DNA from: SAR86 cluster bacterium
GTDB lineage: Bacteria > Pseudomonadota > Gammaproteobacteria > Magnimaribacterales > D2472
NCBI GenBank assembly: GCA_023703655.1
Contig: CP097973.1
Span: forward strand, 798,170-862,169
Direction of reading: 5' to 3'
DNA length: 64,000 nt
Below are positions 57,929-64,000 of the stretch, piece after piece; positions within the stretch are counted from its first letter, which is position 1; each line of letters opens with the position of its first letter. A program made the translations under genes and the position numbers. Under the pieces are notes generated by a model. It was not told where the DNA came from, searched no databases, and saw nothing but the letters and a program-made list of their open reading frames with translations.

Positions 57929-60268
57929 TTAAAAATTAATTGTATATTTAAGCACCACAGTTCTTGGTGGAATCCACTGCATCCAATTCCTTGGTCTCCA
58001 TGAAGTATCATTAACAGCATAAATGAAGGCTTCAGTTCTCTCATCTGTAAGATTATCTATTGAGAGTTGTAAGACAGAGTTGTCAGTTATATCTAGACCA
58101 ACATTAAGATTAAGTTTTGTATAGTCAGGAGAACTATTCAAAGGATCCTCCGCAAAAGTAGCGAAACTATCGCCATAGTAATTAAGATCTAATCTAGCAA
58201 ATGCTGGATATGACATGAAGTTAGAGTCATAGACTAGTCCTAAATTCCATTGTTCCTCAACAGTATTTGGTAATCTGTCACCAGCTTTAGCACTCAATGA
58301 ATCAATATCAATAGAGGTTTCAGCTGTCATAAGACTACCGGCAAAATCAAGGGATAAGCTATCGTTGATTTGATATACAAAATCAACCTCATATCCTTTG
58401 GTTTCAGCTTCACCACCATTAAAGTTGAATGACCAACCACAACCTGGCCTTACGCTTATGATAATGCCCTGCCAATCCACCCAGAATGCTGTTGCATTAA
58501 ATTGAAAGTTGTCACCTCTCATTTTTACACCAAATTCTGTTGTTTCAGCATCGTCAGAATTATAACGTCTTGTAAACGTAGCTTGAGCCAATGGATCAGC
58601 TGCACAAAATGGCGGTAATGGAGAATTATTTCCACCTGGTCTGTATCCTGATGCTCTTGTTGTGTATAAAGTTAAATCTTCTGTAGGTCTATAAGTAAGT
58701 GCCAGCTTTGTTCTAGTATCGCTTTCAGTTCCTGACTCCGTATCACACTTAAGACCATCAGGACCGCTACCATCACAACCATTATTACCCATATAGAAAA
58801 TACCATACTGCAAACCCTGGAATGCATCTGAAAGTTTATAATCCCTAATACCAGCAGTAATAGTAAGTTTGTCAGTTATATTAAAATCAAATTGTCCATA
58901 GTATGAAGTTTCATCCTGAAATGAATAGACTGTTGAAGAACCATAATATAGATTGGGATAGCCAGGCGAGCCCTCACAGTATGGCGGACAATAGACATCA
59001 CCAGAATATTCACTTGGACTTAGTCCTGCAGCATAAAGCATAACGTATTCAAGCCACTCTCTGTTTATTGCATACTGAGTTTCTACCACTCCAGAACCGC
59101 CATCAAATTCCGATCTGTAATATCCAACAGTCCACTCTATAGTACCTGGATCAGAGGAAAACCTAATCTCTGTAATTGTTTCTTCATCATCGTCGTCGAA
59201 CACAAGCAATGGTGCAGGTACATAATCATCCATATCAATACGAGCCCAATCTGTTAAAAAGTCAGATTCATATTCATTTTTAGTAACTATTAATTCAGCT
59301 GCAAAGCCATCAAACTCATATGTAAGATGAGAAGTAAAAGTATCCACAGTAGTTTTGTGGACTTCATCTGCTGCCAAAGCATGTGAATACTGAGGATCAT
59401 AGGCGCCTAGGCTAAATTCATTAGCAATTGCACTTAACCTTGCACAGGTTGGATCGCCTGCAAAATTATAAAAGTAGTCACTTGCAGCTGGACAATTTGG
59501 AACGTAAACATCTGCGTTACCTGGCTTATCTTGACCAGGCTCTTTAATACCAAAATCATCCCTGACAGTGCTTAAATATCTTACATATCCACTTAAAGGA
59601 CCGCCGTCATCGAATGCCATGGTCAACATAATGTGCGACTCATCTTCCTCACCTACAGTTGCACCGGTTTGTATATTCTTATAAATTCCTGGAGAGACTG
59701 AGTTTGTATAAACAGCTCTGAGAGCGATGTCAGATGTTAGTGGTAAATTGTACATAACATCGATACTTTCATAAGCATCCGAGGCCTTGACTTTATCACC
59801 ATAACCAATTCTAACTTTCCCATATGCCGAAGAAGGATCAGGTTTGTTAGTGACATATCTGATGGTTCCTCCAATTGCATTTGAGCCGTAAAGGGTGCCT
59901 TGCGGCCCTCTTAAAACTTCAATCCTTTCTATATCAAACAGATTATTAATTGAGCGATTAATTTCATCAATAAACACCGATGTGGTTCCTGAAGATCTTT
60001 GAGCTGTAGAAGTATTAAGTCCTCTAAAAGAAAAAAATCTTGCTCCACCCGGTGTAGAAACACCAGCTAATGTCCTAAGGTAATCTTCAGGTGAGGTAAT
60101 TCCTCGGTCTTCAAGCAATTGTTCAGTAATTACAGAAATATTCATTGGAATTTCCTGAACAGATTGTTCTTTTTTATTTGCGGTTACAATTACTTCTTCA
60201 ACATCCTCTTGTGCAAAAAGCATCAGTGGAGAAGCCAGTATTGCTAAAAAATACATTAATTTTTTCAT
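57929..60268 (-). CDS. TonB-dependent outer-membrane receptor (779 aa)
   Basis: Signal peptide MKKLMYFLAILASPLMLFA, TonB box/plug (EEVIVTANKKEQSVQEIP), VEVLRGPQGTLYGSNAIGGTIRYV, C-terminal ...KYTINF. Start placed at ATG 60268, with SD agaggga 6 nt upstream. Confidence 0.93.
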   Translation of the reverse strand: MKKLMYFLAILASPLMLFAQEDVEEVIVTANKKEQSVQEIPMNISVITEQLLEDRGITSPEDYLRTLAGVSTPGGARFFSFRGLNTSTAQRSSGTTSVFIDEINRSINNLFDIERIEVLRGPQGTLYGSNAIGGTIRYVTNKPDPSSAYGKVRIGYGDKVKASDAYESIDVMYNLPLTSDIALRAVYTNSVSPGIYKNIQTGATVGEEDESHIMLTMAFDDGGPLSGYVRYLSTVRDDFGIKEPGQDKPGNADVYVPNCPAASDYFYNFAGDPTCARLSAIANEFSLGAYDPQYSHALAADEVHKTTVDTFTSHLTYEFDGFAAELIVTKNEYESDFLTDWARIDMDDYVPAPLLVFDDDDEETITEIRFSSDPGTIEWTVGYYRSEFDGGSGVVETQYAINREWLEYVMLYAAGLSPSEYSGDVYCPPYCEGSPGYPNLYYGSSTVYSFQDETSYYGQFDFNITDKLTITAGIRDYKLSDAFQGLQYGIFYMGNNGCDGSGPDGLKCDTESGTESDTRTKLALTYRPTEDLTLYTTRASGYRPGGNNSPLPPFCAADPLAQATFTRRYNSDDAETTEFGVKMRGDNFQFNATAFWVDWQGIIISVRPGCGWSFNFNGGEAETKGYEVDFVYQINDSLSLDFAGSLMTAETSIDIDSLSAKAGDRLPNTVEEQWNLGLVYDSNFMSYPAFARLDLNYYGDSFATFAEDPLNSSPDYTKLNLNVGLDITDNSVLQLSIDNLTDERTEAFIYAVNDTSWRPRNWMQWIPPRTVVLKYTINF

Positions 60269-60376
60269 ATTTTTCCCTCTATGACTTATTGTTTTATACA
60301 TATTAAACCTTTATACCCAAATTATGCAATTTCTATACCAGTTTTTTAGATTATTGTGGTTATTGTTTAAATGATT

Positions 60377-61654
60377 CTAAATTCCCCAAAAAGCAAATAT
60401 TGGGGCTATATATACTCCATAAGAACCTGGAAATGATGAACCTTTTGTTGGTTGATTTTGAGTCATAATAACTCCTACTAGATTAGTTTGGGGACTTACA
60501 AAAAAGTGCGTGCCATAAAATCCAGACCACCAAAAATCACCATCTCTATCAACTGATACTGATTTTTCAGAATCTATAACAACTCCAACTCCTAAGCCAA
60601 ACCCAACACCCTCAACCTGACCGACCAATACTCCTTCTTTAACATGAGTTTGGGTCATTAATCCTATTGATTCAGGGGAAAGTATTTTAATTCCATTATA
60701 AGTGCCTTGATTCCATAACATTAATGCAAAACGCATATAATCAGGAGCTGAAGATACTAAGCCACTGCTCCCTGGTGTCCAGTCTAAAGGGTTGCTTCTA
60801 GGTTCAACTATATGAACCAAATTTCCATTTTCTTTTGAGTATACTTCGGCAATACTTTTTTGATTCGTTTCCATGCTTAAAAAATTTGTATTGAGCATGC
60901 CTAATGGCTTAAAAATTTCATTTTCCAAGTAAACATCAAATGTAGCACCAGATACTACCTCAACAATTCTTGCAAGTAAGTCTGTTGACCATCCATACCT
61001 CCATGTTTCTCCAGGATCCTCATATAATGGCACCCTCATAATTTTGTTTACTCTTTCTTCCAAAGATCCTAGACCGCTAAAAATATAATTCTCTCCCCAC
61101 AACTTTCCTAAATCAGACTTTCCTTTTTCATCTCCAATACCAGATCTAAAGGTGAGTAGATCAAAAATTGTAATTTGTTTATTTAATGGTCGAGTTTCTA
61201 TTTTGCCATCTACCCCAGCAGATTGAGAAATTGCAACGGTCATATCATTTGCGTTTGGCAAGTAAAGATTTATCGGATCATCCAATTTAAGTTTGCCTTC
61301 TTCCATTAATTTTAAAATTGCTACAGCTGTAACTGGCTTAGTCATGGATGCTATTCTAAATCTTGTATTTACTTGCATCGGAATTTCAGATTCAATATCT
61401 GCAAATCCTTTGGCTGTGGCATGAATAAGATGTCCATCTTTTGCAAATAAGGCAACGTAACCAGAATCAGCGCCTCTAAAAATATTAATTTTAAAAAAAC
61501 TGTCTAAACCAAACTTTGAAATCCAACTAAGCATTGGTGGTTGTTCATAATTTGCGTTAGCAGGTGGTACATAGGGGAATGAAGTTGGGACCTCACTGCA
61601 TGATACAAACGCAATAGTTAGAGAAAATATTATAAAATTTCTATACTTTTTCAT
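60377..61654 (-). CDS. Beta-lactamase-fold serine hydrolase (family VIII esterase / PBP-like), lipoprotein
   Basis: 425 aa. Lipobox FVSC-SE and S-x-x-K nucleophile motif IASMTKPVT. Confidence 0.85.
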   Translation of the reverse strand: MKKYRNFIIFSLTIAFVSCSEVPTSFPYVPPANANYEQPPMLSWISKFGLDSFFKINIFRGADSGYVALFAKDGHLIHATAKGFADIESEIPMQVNTRFRIASMTKPVTAVAILKLMEEGKLKLDDPINLYLPNANDMTVAISQSAGVDGKIETRPLNKQITIFDLLTFRSGIGDEKGKSDLGKLWGENYIFSGLGSLEERVNKIMRVPLYEDPGETWRYGWSTDLLARIVEVVSGATFDVYLENEIFKPLGMLNTNFLSMETNQKSIAEVYSKENGNLVHIVEPRSNPLDWTPGSSGLVSSAPDYMRFALMLWNQGTYNGIKILSPESIGLMTQTHVKEGVLVGQVEGVGFGLGVGVVIDSEKSVSVDRDGDFWWSGFYGTHFFVSPQTNLVGVIMTQNQPTKGSSFPGSYGVYIAPIFAFWGI

Positions 61655-61720
61655 AAATTATTTTGTATCATGTAATTTAAACATAAATTCGTTTAGCCAA
61701 ACAATTTTTGCACATTTTCT

Positions 61721-62689
61721 ATGACAGAACAGTACTCAAAGTTTGAAAACTATAAACCCCCATTTCCTTTTAACAGGCCCTATAGCGCGACTATTTTAAG
61801 CAAGTTCAGAAAAGCTGTTCGATTAAGAATGCTGCAAACAATAGAGCAATATCATTCAAAACAAATCATTGAAGTTGATGACTATAAGCTAGTAGCGCAT
61901 TTTCATATCAAAGAAAGTAACAATAAAAATATTTATTTATTGCCTGGATATCTAGGTGGGCATAACTCAACTTACATGCTCAATTCACTAGAGTATTTTT
62001 TTAATAGAAATTGGAATGTAATTAGGCTTAATCCAGTTGATCATGGTGATTCATTAAAGTTAAATAAAAAATTTTTTCATGCATTGCATGATCAGATTGT
62101 AGCAAATGCCCTAGAACAAATTATTGATCCAACAAAAGATTGTTTTTTGGCAGGTTTTTCATTTGGTGGAAATTTTGCATTGAGGATTGGAACTTCAAAT
62201 TTTGCAAGTAAATTTAAGCATATCGCAGGCATTAGCCCAATGATTGACCATGAAACATCTATAAGAGAGTTACCTGACTTTTTTATTCGATATTACAACA
62301 ATAAATGGAAGCACACATTTCGAGTCAAAGAAAAAATATGGTCCGATTATAATTTTTCTAATTTCTATAAAATGAATGATTTTTTTGAAATGATTAAATT
62401 ATTTTTACCAATTATTCTGCCCGACATGAAATTTGATGATATTAAAGATTTCTTTCGCATGTATGAAATAAATGAAGCTGTGATTCAAAATCTTAAGACT
62501 AAGGCATCCATCATTATTGCCGAAGATGATCCTGTGGTGCCCTTTCATACAACAAAACACCTGTCGGATAACTCTCATGTTAATTTTCTTAGTACCAAGT
62601 ATGGAGGACATAATGGTTTCGTAGAAAATTTTAAGTTGGAAGATTTTTCTATAAAAATTTTAGAGGAAGAGTTTTCAAAAAATACCTAA
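61721..62689 (+). CDS. Alpha/beta-fold hydrolase (YheT-like)
   Basis: 322 aa. Nucleophile elbow GFSFGGN and C-terminal GGHNGF, a His-containing motif. Confidence 0.75.
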   Translation: MTEQYSKFENYKPPFPFNRPYSATILSKFRKAVRLRMLQTIEQYHSKQIIEVDDYKLVAHFHIKESNNKNIYLLPGYLGGHNSTYMLNSLEYFFNRNWNVIRLNPVDHGDSLKLNKKFFHALHDQIVANALEQIIDPTKDCFLAGFSFGGNFALRIGTSNFASKFKHIAGISPMIDHETSIRELPDFFIRYYNNKWKHTFRVKEKIWSDYNFSNFYKMNDFFEMIKLFLPIILPDMKFDDIKDFFRMYEINEAVIQNLKTKASIIIAEDDPVVPFHTTKHLSDNSHVNFLSTKYGGHNGFVENFKLEDFSIKILEEEFSKNT

Positions 62690-63657
62690 TCTAAGATCTC
62701 ATACTCTATCCAATCAACCAAAAATCTATGTTGATCAGGATTAGACTTATTTGAGCAATATTGGTCTACACATAAATCTAAATTATTAACTCTGTAATCA
62801 TCATACTTGCCACCAATAGCCACATTTAAAATCATGTAATATTCTCTATTAAATGGGAAATCATATTTTTTAAACTCATTATTAGAACTATTTATATTTA
62901 AATAAGGTTCGGTATCATCGTTTAAAAAAAATTTTATGTTGTCCCTTCTCCACTCCAATGTAATTGAGTGAAATGTTTCTTGAAAATTTACTTTGTTTGG
63001 AACAACTGCTTCTCCAACAAATGCAGCTTTTTTGTCAAATTTTTCACCAAAATGAAGTGCAGAGCTTGCTGTGTTTGCGATCCTTCCTCGATGCTCCATG
63101 ATATCTATCTCCCCTCCCTGAGGCCAAAGAATATCCTCTTGAGGCATCAACCAAAAAGCAGGCCAAACTCCTTCGCCTTGAGGCACTTTAAAACAAATAG
63201 TAATTCTGGAAGGATATGTAAAAGTTTTTTTATTTTTTGTATGTATTCTGGCAGATGTGTACTGCAGTTTGTTACTTGATTGATATACCTTGTTGTTATA
63301 GATGGGTTGAATTTTTAAAAGGCTATCTTTAACTGTCAAATTTTTTGTAGTGTTTGAATTCTCTATGATAGGAGGCTTTAAATAGTATTGAAGCTCACCA
63401 TTCCCCCAACCATCAATATATTGTCCATCACTGTAAAAGCCATTACTTTCCGCATAAGTCCAAACAGATGAGGAAAGTGACATGTCATTAAAATCTTCCA
63501 CCCATGTTAATTTCTTATTTTGAGTACGAGGCTTACAGTATGATGTTTTTGACTGAGCAAATTTATCTAATTCAATAAGTCTGGTAAATAGAATGTCGCC
63601 CTCATCTGCCATTAGAGGTGTAATTAAAAAAGCAAATAACAAACTCAATATGCGCAT
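62686..63657 (-). CDS. Secreted glycoside hydrolase family 16 (laminarinase-type beta-1,3-glucanase)
   Basis: GH16 catalytic motif GGEIDIMEH (E-x-D-x-x-E) and WPAFWLMP. Signal peptide MRILSLLFAFLITPLMA. Start placed at ATG 63657; the track ORF to 63753 runs through tRNA-Leu. Confidence 0.88.
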   Translation of the reverse strand: MRILSLLFAFLITPLMADEGDILFTRLIELDKFAQSKTSYCKPRTQNKKLTWVEDFNDMSLSSSVWTYAESNGFYSDGQYIDGWGNGELQYYLKPPIIENSNTTKNLTVKDSLLKIQPIYNNKVYQSSNKLQYTSARIHTKNKKTFTYPSRITICFKVPQGEGVWPAFWLMPQEDILWPQGGEIDIMEHRGRIANTASSALHFGEKFDKKAAFVGEAVVPNKVNFQETFHSITLEWRRDNIKFFLNDDTEPYLNINSSNNEFKKYDFPFNREYYMILNVAIGGKYDDYRVNNLDLCVDQYCSNKSNPDQHRFLVDWIEYEILD

Positions 63658-63674
63658 ATTCTTGTCAAAAAAGA

Positions 63675-63759
63675 TGGTAGGGATGGAGGGAATCGAACCC
63701 CCACGCCTTACGGCACTAGTTCCTAAGACTAGCGTGTCTACCAGTTCCACCACATCCCC
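63675..63759 (-). tRNA. tRNA-Leu (anticodon UAG), class II with long variable arm
   Basis: The reverse complement GGGGATGTGGTGGAACTGGTAGACACGCTAGTCTTAGGAACTAGTGCCGTAAGGCGTGGGGGTTCGATTCCCTCCATCCCTACCA folds as a cloverleaf. Anticodon loop is CTTAGGA; CCA is encoded. Confidence 0.9.
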
Positions 63760-63800
63760 GGAACGAGAAATTATATCTCAAGTTTTAAAAAGAAAATGAT

Positions 63801-63953
63801 TTAATTTGCTTTAATACTGCCTGACCATTCAAGAGGATTTTTAACATGCCTCTCTTCTTTGCTTAATATAATAATTCCATACTCTGCTCTAACATCACAA
63901 ATCCTTTTTTCCAATAAATTTTTAGGAGCAATAAATGGCCATTTTTTTTTCAT
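63801..63953 (-). CDS. Candidate small protein (50 aa), below the ORF-track length cutoff
   Basis: The ORF atgaaaaaaaaatgg...gcaaattaa translates to MKKKWPFIAPKNLLEKRICDVRAEYGIIILSKEERHVKNPLEWSGSIKAN. SD-like gaggg lies 8 nt upstream. No family recognised. Confidence 0.3.
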   Translation of the reverse strand: MKKKWPFIAPKNLLEKRICDVRAEYGIIILSKEERHVKNPLEWSGSIKAN

Positions 63954-64000
63954 TTTAAGTGCCCTCAAAATAATTTTAAGTTTTATAGGCGCAATCTTTA

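Overview
This is an AT-rich, very tightly packed chromosomal segment; many genes overlap by 1-15 nt or are separated by spacers under 20 nt. It comes from a marine proteorhodopsin-bearing gammaproteobacterium. The opsin sequence, two TonB-dependent receptors, a GH16 laminarinase and the gene order tRNA-His-tig-clpP-clpX-lon-hupB-ppiD fit a streamlined SAR86-like lineage, which is inference with no database search run. I can support about 63 protein-coding genes, 7 tRNA genes (His-GUG, Arg-UCU, Pro-UGG, Asp-GUC, Val-UAC, Val-GAC, Leu-UAG), five clear intrinsic terminators and two sigma32-like promoters. Content is mostly housekeeping:
- proteostasis (tig, clpPX, lon, htpG, sHSP, ppiD, sppA)
- DNA metabolism (dnaX, recR, recX, xseA, sbcB, hda, dcd)
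- purine and folate genes (purMN, folD, folE)
- lipid genes (fabI, gpsA, a large KAS)
- transport (an OppABC-like module, 2 TBDRs, DMT, MscS, SLC13, CaCA)
I saw no rRNA, CRISPR array, transposase or integrase, prophage or recognisable defence island. I did not find a convincing novel multi-gene system. The observations most worth follow-up are:
- a candidate dnaX recoding site (A10 run, a stop in both shifted frames, and a hairpin)
- a blue-tuned (Gln105) DTE proteorhodopsin sitting alone between two tRNA genes, with no retinal-synthesis genes in the window
- a 561-aa Cys-His-His ketoacyl synthase, possibly FabY-like, translationally coupled to folD
- a recurrent layout in which tRNA genes abut or overlap protein-coding genes on the same strand, including a stop codon embedded in tRNA-Val
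- an Opp-like ABC module lacking ATPase genes, next to a TonB-dependent receptor
Functional calls come from motif recognition by eye, and start codons are less certain than stops.
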